The notes: generated from the letters alone by a model not told the origin. Positions 51,547 through 61,010 are shown, numbered from the stretch's first letter. The stretch is 64,000 bases of DNA from an uncultured Sphingobacteriaceae bacterium (GCA_964454645.1 CAYVTM010000004.1:130165-194164), one strand, 5' to 3'. Program-made: numbers and translations.

Positions 51547-51552
51547 TTATTG

Positions 51553-51638
51553 TACCCCAGGCGGGACTTGAACCCGCACGACCGGTAAGGGTCACAGGAT
51601 TTTAAGTCCTGCGTGTCTACCAATTCCACCACCAGGGC
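51553..51638 (-). tRNA. tRNA-Leu (anticodon TAA), type II with long variable arm
   Basis: Hand-folded from the reverse complement GCCCTGGTGGTGGAATTGGTAGACACGCAGGACTTAAAATCCTGTGACCCTTACCGGTCGTGCGGGTTCAAGTCCCGCCTGGGGTA. Anticodon loop CTTAAAA, T-arm GCGGG-TTCAAGT-CCCGC. The acceptor stem contains three G.U pairs. CCA is not encoded. Confidence 0.85.
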
Positions 51639-51644
51639 AGCCTG

Positions 51645-51676
51645 TAAAAAAAATCCTCTCCAGAAGAGAGAGGTAT
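51645..51676 (-). terminator. short hairpin plus T-run between tRNA-Gly and tRNA-Leu
   Basis: On the - strand: CCTCTC ... GAGAGG followed by ATTTTTTTT. Confidence 0.4.
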
Positions 51677-51682
51677 TTTTTG

Positions 51683-51755
<73 letters not shown>

Positions 51756-51854
51756 TTTTTTGATTGTGGACTGCAAATATAGGTAATTTGAATGTTCTGT
51801 CAAGCATATTTTAAAAAATATACTTAAATGCCGGATTAGCGCTTGATTATCAAT

Positions 51855-52910
51855 TTAATTGTTTAGCTCAATGGTGAAAGTAGAGCCACTGTTTAAACCA
51901 TTACTATAAGCATATATTTTCCCCCCCAGCCTTTTTAATATGGAACGAATTAAATACAGTCCGATGCCATAGGTAACTTCGCCTTCCGTGCCTTTGCGGG
52001 CATAGGAAGTAAAACGCTCGAAAATCTCTTCGGCATGATTCTGTTCAAAGCCTATTCCACTATCGATTACTTCAATATAGTTTACATTCCCTTGCCGATA
52101 GGCACGTATTAAGATCGATGATCCCCGGTAGGAGAATTTGATGGCATTATTGATCAAATTGTTGAGTACTTGCTGAAAGGCTCGAGGCTCGGTTTTTACT
52201 GATACATCAGGACTTATTTCCACCTCCAACCTTATATCTTTTTTGTCAAAATTCATTTGATACAACTCCTTACTATTGTTTAATAGCAATTTTAATTCAA
52301 CAGATTTGAAATGTTCGGAGGTAATAGCTTCATCGCTTCGCATCAACTCCAAAACCGTTTCCATTAATTCTAACTGCTTACGGGTAGATATTTTTGCCTG
52401 CTGGATGATATAATCAATTTGCTCGGGATTTAAGTCCTCCTCTAATAATTCGAGTGAAGAAAGAGTGGAGTTAGCAGGACTTCTTAACTCATGCGATAAT
52501 AATGCCAGCAGGTCTTTCTTTTCTTTTAATAACTGATCCAGTTCCGTGATAGCAAATTGTAAATCTTTGAGCAGGAATCCGATTTCATCTTTAAAATTTT
52601 CGGGGAGATTGGGAAGTTCATTCTTCTGTAAGTAATTACTTAAAGTTTTTCGGGCTAAATGAACGGGCTTTAAAAGCTCATTCATGATAATTAAGGTTAA
52701 GAAACATGCAAATGCCGTAGATACGATTGTGATGACCAAAATCTCATTTTTCGATGATATTTCCGAATGCCCGTACAGCAACCAAAGGATAATTCCTAAT
52801 AAGGGGATGTGGATACCAATAAATGCTATAAACAGAAACTTTTGTGAATATGATTTCAGGAAGGGAATCTTCGATATTGTCCGATACAATTTCATATTCG
52901 ATGAGTTCAT
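51855..52910 (-). CDS. membrane sensor histidine kinase (no adjacent response regulator)
   Basis: Two N-terminal TM helices, H-box LSHELRSPANS, N-box VLNNLINNAIKF, and G-boxes DSGIGF and GIGLYLI. Confidence 0.8.
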   Translation of the reverse strand: MNSSNMKLYRTISKIPFLKSYSQKFLFIAFIGIHIPLLGIILWLLYGHSEISSKNEILVITIVSTAFACFLTLIIMNELLKPVHLARKTLSNYLQKNELPNLPENFKDEIGFLLKDLQFAITELDQLLKEKKDLLALLSHELRSPANSTLSSLELLEEDLNPEQIDYIIQQAKISTRKQLELMETVLELMRSDEAITSEHFKSVELKLLLNNSKELYQMNFDKKDIRLEVEISPDVSVKTEPRAFQQVLNNLINNAIKFSYRGSSILIRAYRQGNVNYIEVIDSGIGFEQNHAEEIFERFTSYARKGTEGEVTYGIGLYLIRSILKRLGGKIYAYSNGLNSGSTFTIELNN

Positions 52911-53009
52911 TTAACCAGCCTTTCATGAGCGTATGTTTTTTGTACGCATAAAGCAGGCAAATAGTTACGTAACAGTATCGATACTCATGTCTTAAAAGAA
53001 GATAATAAA

Positions 53010-53053
53010 AAAACTATGGAAACTTTTGAATTAATAAAAGTTTCCATAGTTTT
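53010..53053. promoter_or_regulatory. perfect 18-bp inverted repeat (8-nt spacer) overlapping predicted -33/-7 promoter boxes of the tetR-efflux operon; probable TetR operator
   Basis: AAAACTATGGAAACTTTT (53010-53027) and AAAAGTTTCCATAGTTTT (53036-53053) are exact reverse complements. TTTG at 53025-53028 and TAGTTTTG at 53047-53054 fit the Bacteroidota TTTG / TAnnTTTG promoter pattern. The tetR ATG is at 53082. Confidence 0.5.
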
Positions 53054-53081
53054 GGGGCGGTTAAATAAAAGGGGTATTTCA

Positions 53082-53690
53082 ATGGAAGAAAGGATCTTGC
53101 ATAAAAGTGATGAGTTGTATCGCAAATTCGGTGTAAGAAGTATTACTATGGATGATATTGCTCGTCAGTTGGGGGTTTCAAAGAAGACCATTTATCAATA
53201 TTATCCGGATAAGGATGAATTGGTAATGGCTGTGACGAAGCTCAATCTCGAGGTTCATGTTTGCGAAATGGAGAAATGTTGCGGGCAGTATTCGGCAAAT
53301 GCTGTTGAAGAGATGTTGAATGCAAACGAGAGTCTCACGCAAATTATGCAGATATATAATCCGGTGATGATTTACGATTTACAAAAATATTATCCGAATG
53401 CATGGAATTTATATAGAGACTTTCGCGATACGAATGTCATGAATATGATAAAAGCTAATTTTGAACGAGGAGTGAAAGAAGGTTTATACCGCAAAAGCCT
53501 GGATGCGGATGTATTGTCTATACTACGTTTAGAACAGATTGACTTATGTTTTAACGGAGATGTCTATCCGCCTGCACATTTTTCCTTTACCAAAGTAATG
53601 TCGCTGCTTATCGAACATTTTTTATATGGCATTGTGACCTTAAAGGGACACAAATTGATTAATACATACAAGAATATTAAAGAAGAATAA
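53082..53690 (+). CDS. TetR/AcrR family transcriptional repressor
   Basis: N-terminal HTH GVRSITMDDIARQLGVSKKTIYQYYPDKDEL. ATG 53082 is preferred, because the ORF-track start at 53016 lies inside the palindrome and adds a non-TetR-like 22 aa. Confidence 0.85.
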   Translation: MEERILHKSDELYRKFGVRSITMDDIARQLGVSKKTIYQYYPDKDELVMAVTKLNLEVHVCEMEKCCGQYSANAVEEMLNANESLTQIMQIYNPVMIYDLQKYYPNAWNLYRDFRDTNVMNMIKANFERGVKEGLYRKSLDADVLSILRLEQIDLCFNGDVYPPAHFSFTKVMSLLIEHFLYGIVTLKGHKLINTYKNIKEE

Positions 53691-53710
53691 AAACATAATA
53701 AAAAACCCCA

Positions 53711-55051
53711 ATGAACTATAAATCCATAAAATTAATTTTATTTTTTATGCTGTGTGGTTCGGTGCTGATGGCACAATCGAATACATACAGCTTTACGTTA
53801 GAAGAAGCAATCAATTTTGCATACGACAACCAGGTGGCTATGCAAAATGCAAAATTGGATGTAGAGATATCAAAAAATAAAGTAAGGGAAACGGTTTCCA
53901 TCGGTTTGCCACAGGTAAACGGAACGGCATCCATTCAACGCTTTATTGATATTCCTACCCAGGTGGTACCGGCTAATTTCTTCGATACCACTGCTCCTCC
54001 GGATGTTCTTGCCCCTATAAGCTTCGGTACGGAATACAGCATGAGTTATGGCCTGGAAGCTTCGCAATTGTTGTTTGATGGTAATTACCTGTTGGGCTTG
54101 CAAGCGAGTTCGGTTTACAAAGACCTTACCATCAAGGCGCTGGAACGAACTAAAATTGAAACGGCTGTGAATGTAAGTAAGGCCTATTATTCGGTACTGG
54201 TAAATCGTGAACGTTTACAATTATTGGAAGCAAATATCCAGCGTTTGAAAAAAACGTTGGATGATACTAAAGCGTATTATGCAAACGGTTTTGCCGAAAA
54301 AATAGATCAGGACCGGATTAGTGTATTGTACAATAATTTAAGTACAGAGAAAGAAAACGTATCGCGTTTGGTAGAGCTTTCGCTGAAGCTGTTGAAATTT
54401 CAGATCGGAATGCCGGTAGATGCGAACCTGAGTTTGAAAGATAATTTGAAGAGTATTCAACTGGAAAATGTATTGGTTCAGGAAACGGCAATAAATCCGG
54501 AAGCTCGTGTAGAGTATGCTTTGATTAAAACACAATTACGATTGAACGAACTGGATTATAAACGTAACATCGTTACGCGAGCCCCCAGTTTAGTTGCTTT
54601 TGCAAGTTTTTCGGAAAACGGATTTGCCAATAAATTTCAGGATATCGGTAAAACATTCTATCCGACTTCGGTAATTGGTATATCCTTGAAAGTACCTATT
54701 ATTGGTTCGGGACAGAAATCTTATCAAACCAAACAGGCAAAATTTGCAATGCAGAAATCGCAGAATGATTTAAACAATATCGTCAATGCGATTAACCTCG
54801 AAGCAAAATCATCCCAGATAAATTTTACCAACAGCCTTGCCTCTCTGAATAATCAGAAAAATAATATGGAGTTGGCGAAAGAAGTGGTACGTGTAACGAA
54901 AGCCAAGTACGATCAGGGAGTTGGATCGAGCCTGGAAGTGACGAGTGCTGAAACGGCTTTGAAAGAAGCAGAAACAAATTATATAGCCGCTTTATACGAT
55001 GCAATTATTGCGAAGATTGAAATGGATAAAGCATTTGGAAAAATTAATTAA
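53711..55051 (+). CDS. TolC-family outer-membrane efflux protein
   Basis: 446 aa with a signal peptide and two repeated coiled-coil/beta halves. The start LEEAINFAYDNQVAMQNAKLD and the end ...YDAIIAKIEMDKAFG are typical of OEP/TolC. Confidence 0.85.
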   Translation: MNYKSIKLILFFMLCGSVLMAQSNTYSFTLEEAINFAYDNQVAMQNAKLDVEISKNKVRETVSIGLPQVNGTASIQRFIDIPTQVVPANFFDTTAPPDVLAPISFGTEYSMSYGLEASQLLFDGNYLLGLQASSVYKDLTIKALERTKIETAVNVSKAYYSVLVNRERLQLLEANIQRLKKTLDDTKAYYANGFAEKIDQDRISVLYNNLSTEKENVSRLVELSLKLLKFQIGMPVDANLSLKDNLKSIQLENVLVQETAINPEARVEYALIKTQLRLNELDYKRNIVTRAPSLVAFASFSENGFANKFQDIGKTFYPTSVIGISLKVPIIGSGQKSYQTKQAKFAMQKSQNDLNNIVNAINLEAKSSQINFTNSLASLNNQKNNMELAKEVVRVTKAKYDQGVGSSLEVTSAETALKEAETNYIAALYDAIIAKIEMDKAFGKIN

Positions 55052-55068
55052 TCGAAATTATAAAAAGT

Positions 55069-56184
55069 ATGAAACAGATATTCACATTAATAAGTCTTGC
55101 AATTTTATTTGCAGCATGCAGTGAATCCAGTTCGAATGATAAACAAGCCGAGTTGGAAAAACTGAGAAAACAACAAGCAGAGATTTCACAAAAGATTAAA
55201 GAACTGGAAACGAGTATTGCTGCGGAAAATCCGGATGCTAATCGCAAAGTACGTTTTGTTGCTATCGACACCGTAATGGAAACAAACTTTCAGCATTATG
55301 TTGAAATTCAGGGTAAGATTGATGCGGATCAAAACCTGAATCTGATGCCACGTGCAATGGGCCCCATTATGGAAGTGAATGTAAAAGTTGGAGATCGTGT
55401 TTCCAAAGGCCAGGTACTTGCAGTAGTAGATGATAAGATTATTCGTAAAAGCATCATTGAATTGAAAACGCAATCGCAATTGGCAGAAACGGTTTATCAA
55501 AAACAAAAAAATCTTTGGGATCAGAATATCGGTACAGAGATTCAATACCTGCAAGCAAAAACCAATAAAGAAGCTTTGGAAAATTCATTGGCAACTTTAA
55601 ACGAGCAGTTAGATCTGACTCGCATCAAATCTCCTATTGATGGTAATGTAGATGAAGTAAATGTAAAAGTAGGCGAGATGGTGAATACGATGTTACCTGC
55701 GATACGCGTAGTAAGTCCGAATAACTTAAAAGCAGTGGCAACGGTAGCAGAGACCTATTTATCGACCATAGAAACAGGCGATGAGGTAATTGTTACTTTC
55801 CCTGATATTCAGAAAGAATTTAAGACAAAAATTTCTTTTGCGAGTAGAGCCATCAATCCCATGAGCCGTACTTTCGATGTAGAAGTAAATCTGAACAGCG
55901 ATAAATCGTATCGTCCGAACATGTTAGCAATTCTGAAAATTGTAGACTATAAAGCTTCGAAGGCTTTAACCGCACCTATCAATGCGATTCAAAACGATCA
56001 GCAAGGACAGTTTGTGATGATAGCAGAACTTGAAAACGGAAAATTAGTTGCAAAGAAAAAGCAGGTAGAAATAGGTGCTGTATATGGTGGTGTGGCAGAA
56101 GTGAAATCGGGGTTAAGTGTTGGGGATAAAATCATCATCTTAGGATTTCAGGACCTGAATGAAGGAGATCTGGTATCCTTATAA
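55069..56184 (+). CDS. RND efflux periplasmic adaptor (membrane fusion protein)
   Basis: Lipobox ...LFAAC, a coiled-coil hairpin, a lipoyl-like V.V.VGD.V.KGQVLA and ...I.SPIDG.V. Typical of the HlyD/AcrA family. Confidence 0.88.
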   Translation: MKQIFTLISLAILFAACSESSSNDKQAELEKLRKQQAEISQKIKELETSIAAENPDANRKVRFVAIDTVMETNFQHYVEIQGKIDADQNLNLMPRAMGPIMEVNVKVGDRVSKGQVLAVVDDKIIRKSIIELKTQSQLAETVYQKQKNLWDQNIGTEIQYLQAKTNKEALENSLATLNEQLDLTRIKSPIDGNVDEVNVKVGEMVNTMLPAIRVVSPNNLKAVATVAETYLSTIETGDEVIVTFPDIQKEFKTKISFASRAINPMSRTFDVEVNLNSDKSYRPNMLAILKIVDYKASKALTAPINAIQNDQQGQFVMIAELENGKLVAKKKQVEIGAVYGGVAEVKSGLSVGDKIIILGFQDLNEGDLVSL

Positions 56185-56228
56185 TACCGGCTAATCAAAA
56201 AGAATTAATGTCTAAATAAATAATATAC

Positions 56229-59200
56229 ATGAAAGACGTTTTTAAAGAGTTTAAGCCCTCGAGTTGGGCGATAGATAATAAAACCTCCATCTATGTGATG
56301 ACGGTGCTGTTATCGGTGATCGGGTATTTTTCCTATCAGGCTTTACCTAAGGAAAATTTTCCGGAGATTACGATTCCGAAAATCTTTATTCAGACTGTTT
56401 ATCCCGGTACCTCTCCCGAAAACATGGAGAACCTGGTAACGAAACAGATCGAGAAGCAGTTGAAATCTACACAGGGTCTGAAAAAAATTACTTCAAACTC
56501 TTATCAGGATTATTCCTTTATCACTGCCGAATTTAATACCAATATCGATATCAAGGATGCCAAGCAGCGGGTGAAAGATGCGGTAGATAAAGCGAAACAG
56601 GATCTTCCGAATAATTTACCTGATGACCCGAATGTAATCGATATCAACTTATCGGATCTTCCGATTATGTATGTAAATATTTCGGGTGATTATGATTTGA
56701 AAAAACTGAAAGAGTATGCCGATGACTTAAAAGATCAGATAGAAGCATTGCGTGAAATTTCAGGAGTAGATATTGTGGGTGCGCTGGAGCAGGAAATTCA
56801 GATTAATGTCGATTTGAATAAAATGAATGCTGCTCAGATATCTTTTATGGATATTGAAAATGCTATCCGGTATGAAAATATTTCTGCATCGGGCGGAACT
56901 ATAAAAATGGATGGAGTAAGAAGAACGCTGAACGTGAAACAGGAGTACCCGAATGCGATGGAAATCGCCAATACGATTATTAAAACTCCTCATGGTGCAT
57001 CGGTTTATCTGAAAGATATCGCTGAAGTAAAAGATGGTTTTAAAGAGCAGGAAAGTTATGCGCGTTTATATGGCAAAAACGTTGTCACCCTGAATGTGAA
57101 AAAACGTAGTGGAGAAAACCTTATTGAGGCTTCCGATAAAATAAATACCATCATTGCAGATATGCAGGAAACGCATTTTCCGAAAGGCCTGGATATTACT
57201 ATTACCGGGGATCAGTCGGATCAGACCCGTGTAACACTTCACGACTTAATTAATACTATTATTATCGGTTTTATTTTGGTAACGATTATCCTCATGTTTT
57301 TCATGGGTGTTACCAATGCAATTTTTGTGGCTATGTCGGTACCCTTGTCGATGTTTATAGCATTTATGATTATGCCGAGCATGGGTTTCACCATGAATAT
57401 GATTGTATTATTCTCTTTCCTGCTGGCATTGGGTATTGTGGTGGATGATGCCATCGTGGTTATCGAAAATACACATCGAATTTTCGATAATGGTAAGGTG
57501 CCGATTGTGAAAGCGGCAAAGGTGGCAACTGGTGAAGTGTTTTTACCCGTATTATCCGGAACACTTACCACACTTGCTCCCTTCGTTCCTTTGATTTTCT
57601 GGCCGGGAATTATAGGTGAGTTTATGAAATTCCTCCCGATAACGCTTATTATTACTTTGTTGGCTTCGCTGGTAGTAGCTTATATTATCAATCCTGTTTT
57701 TGCCGTCGATTTTATGAAGGAGCATAAAGAGGATGACGATCATAAACCTACATTCGATAAACAGGTAAGGAGAAATTTAGTATGGATAGGCTTAATTGCT
57801 GCACTTGCATACCTGATTAATTTCGGTGCAGGAAATTTTGTAGTATTGCTTGCTTTATTGTATTTGTTCCATCATTTCTTTATGGCTAAAGCGGTACGTA
57901 AGTTTCAAACAAAAACTTGGCCGGCTGTTCAGAATTGGTACACCCGTAAACTCGATTGGACGCTTCATCGTCCCTGGACAATTATCTTTATCACAATCGG
58001 GCTTTTCTTTTTCTCCATTATTTTTACCATCATCCGTAGTCCGAAGTTTGAATTCTTCCCGACGGCCGATCCGAACTTTGTCTATGTGTATGTTAGTCTG
58101 CCTGTAGGTACAGACCAGGCTTATACCAACGAGGTGGTAAAACAGGTCGAAGACCGTGTAACAGGTGTTGTAGGAAAAGATAATCCTGTTGTATCATCGA
58201 TCATCTCGAATGTTACGGTAGGGGTTACCGATCCGCAGGATGAAGACCAGGGAAATTATCCCAACCGGGGTAAAGTTACGGTAGCATTTGTTTCATACGG
58301 GAAACGGGATGGGGTGAACACTTCCATTTATCTTGATAAAATACGTGAAGCGGTAAAAGGTATTCCGGGTACAGAAATTACGGTGGCTCAGGAACAGGGC
58401 GGACCGCCAACTTCGAAACCGATCAGTATAGAAATTACCGGCGATAATTTAGATTCTTTAATCAGTACATCTACCCGCTTAAAGAAATATCTCGAGGATA
58501 AAGATATTCCGGGTGTAGAGGAACTGAAGTCGGATTTCCAAAACAATAAACCCGAAGTTATTTTTAATATCGACCGCGAACGTGCAAACCGCGAAGGTAT
58601 ATCGAGCGGACAAATAGCAATGACTTTACGTACGGCATTGTACGGAGCAGAGATCTCTAAATTCCGTGATGATAACGAAGATTATGAAATCAATTTAAGG
58701 GCAAAAGAAGATCAACGCAATAATATCGAAGCTTTACGCAATATCCGTATCACATACCGGGATATGGCAATGGGCGGGCAAGTTCGTCAGGTGCCGATGT
58801 CGTCGTTTGCTGATATTGAATATATCAATACCTATGGAGGGATTAAACGTAAGCAACAAAAACGGATAATCATTTTATCCTCGAATGTGTTGAGTGCGTA
58901 CAATGCCAATGAAGTGGTTGCGGATATTCAGCAGGAAATTGATCAGTTCCGTGTACCCGATGGGGTGATGGTGCGTATGGCAGGAGAGCAGGAAGAGCAA
59001 TTAGAAACGATGCAGTTTTTGGGAATCGCCCTGATGGTATCGTTTGGATTGATTCTGATTATTCTGGTTACACAATTCAATTCCATTTCGAAACCAATAA
59101 TTATCTTGAGTGAGATTTTCTTCTCGATCATCGGGGTATTAATCGGTATCAGTTTGTTTAAGATGGAAATGTCAACCGTTATGATGGGGGTTGGTATTAT

Positions 59201-59597
59201 TGCTTTAGCCGGAATTGTGGTACGGAATGGTATCTTATTGGTAGAATTTGCCGATTTAATGATGGAGCAGGGGATGACAGCCTATGAAGCGGTACTGGAA
59301 GCCGGCAAGACACGTATGACACCGGTATTGTTAACTGCCGGAGCGACAACCTTAGGGCTTATTCCTCTAGCGGTTGGCTTAAATATCGATTTCGCGAAAC
59401 TGCTGAACGAATTTAATCCGCATATCTATTTCGGAGGCGATAACGTAGCTTTCTGGGGGCCTTTATCCTGGACCATGATCTTCGGACTTATTTTTGCTAC
59501 TTTCTTAACCTTGATTCTGGTGCCGGTAATGTATTTATTGGTTGAAAATATCAAACAAAAATATTTTCGGAAAAAATCAAAACAATTAGAGGGCTAA
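56229..59597 (+). CDS. RND efflux transporter permease (AcrB/CzcA superfamily)
   Basis: 1122 aa with 12 TM helices in a 1+5/1+5 layout and two large periplasmic loops. TM4-region motif LALGIVVDDAIVVIEN. Confidence 0.92.
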   Translation: MKDVFKEFKPSSWAIDNKTSIYVMTVLLSVIGYFSYQALPKENFPEITIPKIFIQTVYPGTSPENMENLVTKQIEKQLKSTQGLKKITSNSYQDYSFITAEFNTNIDIKDAKQRVKDAVDKAKQDLPNNLPDDPNVIDINLSDLPIMYVNISGDYDLKKLKEYADDLKDQIEALREISGVDIVGALEQEIQINVDLNKMNAAQISFMDIENAIRYENISASGGTIKMDGVRRTLNVKQEYPNAMEIANTIIKTPHGASVYLKDIAEVKDGFKEQESYARLYGKNVVTLNVKKRSGENLIEASDKINTIIADMQETHFPKGLDITITGDQSDQTRVTLHDLINTIIIGFILVTIILMFFMGVTNAIFVAMSVPLSMFIAFMIMPSMGFTMNMIVLFSFLLALGIVVDDAIVVIENTHRIFDNGKVPIVKAAKVATGEVFLPVLSGTLTTLAPFVPLIFWPGIIGEFMKFLPITLIITLLASLVVAYIINPVFAVDFMKEHKEDDDHKPTFDKQVRRNLVWIGLIAALAYLINFGAGNFVVLLALLYLFHHFFMAKAVRKFQTKTWPAVQNWYTRKLDWTLHRPWTIIFITIGLFFFSIIFTIIRSPKFEFFPTADPNFVYVYVSLPVGTDQAYTNEVVKQVEDRVTGVVGKDNPVVSSIISNVTVGVTDPQDEDQGNYPNRGKVTVAFVSYGKRDGVNTSIYLDKIREAVKGIPGTEITVAQEQGGPPTSKPISIEITGDNLDSLISTSTRLKKYLEDKDIPGVEELKSDFQNNKPEVIFNIDRERANREGISSGQIAMTLRTALYGAEISKFRDDNEDYEINLRAKEDQRNNIEALRNIRITYRDMAMGGQVRQVPMSSFADIEYINTYGGIKRKQQKRIIILSSNVLSAYNANEVVADIQQEIDQFRVPDGVMVRMAGEQEEQLETMQFLGIALMVSFGLILIILVTQFNSISKPIIILSEIFFSIIGVLIGISLFKMEMSTVMMGVGIIALAGIVVRNGILLVEFADLMMEQGMTAYEAVLEAGKTRMTPVLLTAGATTLGLIPLAVGLNIDFAKLLNEFNPHIYFGGDNVAFWGPLSWTMIFGLIFATFLTLILVPVMYLLVENIKQKYFRKKSKQLEG

Positions 59598-59686
59598 AAC
59601 AATTTATATACATATCATTCGTTATGCCTTTTTCATAAGGACACTTTTCAATAAGTGGTTTTTCAATAATTTAGGTTAGTTAGGTT

Positions 59687-59720
59687 AGATCCCCGGTTTT
59701 TTGCCGGGGATCTTTTTTTG
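59687..59720 (+). terminator. rho-independent terminator of the efflux operon
   Basis: Stem AGATCCCCGG / CCGGGGATCT with a 7-nt loop, followed by T7. Confidence 0.75.
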
Positions 59721-59792
59721 CAAGGGCTGAAAATTAAGGGCTAAAGTTTTATTACGGGCTTTTTATCCTTTGTTTCAAAGAGTCCTGAGTAA

Positions 59793-60281
59793 TTAAACCT
59801 TATATCCCAGGATAAGCAGGTTACAAATGCTATCTTTTATTACAGCGACACCCGGGAGTTTCCCGTAATCTAAAAAGCCATATTTACGGAAGAAGCGTAC
59901 GCTGGGCTCATTTTGTTCAAAAATAAATGCCAGAAGGGTATGAATGTTTAATTGTTTGGCTTCCCGGAAAGCATGTAAAAGCATAAGATGTCCGATTCCT
60001 TTTAGCCGGTAAGCTTCAGAAATATAAATAGCAATTTCTACCGTTCCCTGATAAGCCTTACGGCCATAGAAGCTTTTGAAGCTCATCCAGGCACAAAGCT
60101 TCCCGTTATGCACAGCAACCCATAAAGGCCTTTGTTCATTAAAGGAATAAAACCATTCTGTCCGCAGTATAGGCTCATACGCTTCTGTATCGGCAGTTAC
60201 TAAGCCCGAAGGAATACTTTCATTGTAGATCGCTGTTATGTTGGGCAGGTCGCTGATTACAGCCTTTCGTATATGTATCAT
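59793..60281 (-). CDS. GNAT family N-acetyltransferase (phosphinothricin-acetyltransferase-like)
   Basis: 162 aa. N-terminus IRKAVISDLPNITAIYNESI and acetyl-CoA motif RLKGIGHLML...A are typical of the PAT/YwnH-like subgroup. Confidence 0.8.
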   Translation of the reverse strand: MIHIRKAVISDLPNITAIYNESIPSGLVTADTEAYEPILRTEWFYSFNEQRPLWVAVHNGKLCAWMSFKSFYGRKAYQGTVEIAIYISEAYRLKGIGHLMLLHAFREAKQLNIHTLLAFIFEQNEPSVRFFRKYGFLDYGKLPGVAVIKDSICNLLILGYKV

Positions 60282-60434
60282 GCTTTAACTTTTATAGGGT
60301 TATTAAGAGGGATTGTGATTGTTTGATGAAATTTAATGGAAATAAACCGGGATTTAAAACAAAGAGAACAAATTTAAATCCTTTTATATCTTTGATGAAG
60401 CGATACCCAACTAATAATGATTCTAAACGATTAA

Positions 60435-61010
60435 ATGGAAGCGGTTTATACTTTTGATAAAAATTTTGAAAAGCTTAATCATAGCGAGGAGGCTTTACCT
60501 AAAGGGGAATATGAAAACTGCATTTTCTCCCGTTGCGACTTCTCGGAAGCCGATCTGTCGGGTTTTCAGTTTTCAAATTGTGAGTTTAATGACTGTAACC
60601 TGAGTCTGGCAAAGCTTGCAAAAACAGCGTTGAGAGAGCTTCGCTTTATAAATTGTAAGTTGTTAGGTTTGCATTTTGAGTATTGTAACCCTTTCGGACT
60701 TTTCTTTTATTTTGAGAATTGTTTGTTAGATCATTCTTCCTTTTATCAAATAAAGATTAAAGAAACGGTCTTTAAAGGTTCGCGCTTACATGAGGCTGAT
60801 TTTTCGGAATGTGATTTAAGTGGAGCGATTTTTGATAACTGCGATTTACATTTAGCAATATTCGATCAAAGCATTTTGGAAGGGGCTGATTTTCGCAATG
60901 CATATAACTATACTATCGATCCGGAGAATAACCGGATTAAAAAAGCGAAATTTTCGACACAGGGGATTGCCGGTTTGCTAAGTAAGTATGATATTAAAAT
61001 TGAAGGCTGA
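60435..61010 (+). CDS. pentapeptide-repeat protein (Qnr/MfpA-like size class)
   Basis: 191 aa. Nearly the whole length is A(D/N)LXX-type pentapeptides (CDFSEADLSGFQFSNCEFNDCNLSLAKL...ADFSECDLSGAIFDNCDLHLAIFDQSILEGADFRNA). Confidence 0.85.
   Translation: MEAVYTFDKNFEKLNHSEEALPKGEYENCIFSRCDFSEADLSGFQFSNCEFNDCNLSLAKLAKTALRELRFINCKLLGLHFEYCNPFGLFFYFENCLLDHSSFYQIKIKETVFKGSRLHEADFSECDLSGAIFDNCDLHLAIFDQSILEGADFRNAYNYTIDPENNRIKKAKFSTQGIAGLLSKYDIKIEG

Noticed and set aside
49346-51552. A tRNA-targeted genomic island with att sites.
   Set aside because: By eye I found no direct repeat of the tRNA-Leu 3' end (TGTACCCCAGGCGGGACTTGAACC) anywhere in 49267-51550, and there is no integrase or mobility gene. 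I kept it only as a weak 'accessory-looking module' finding.
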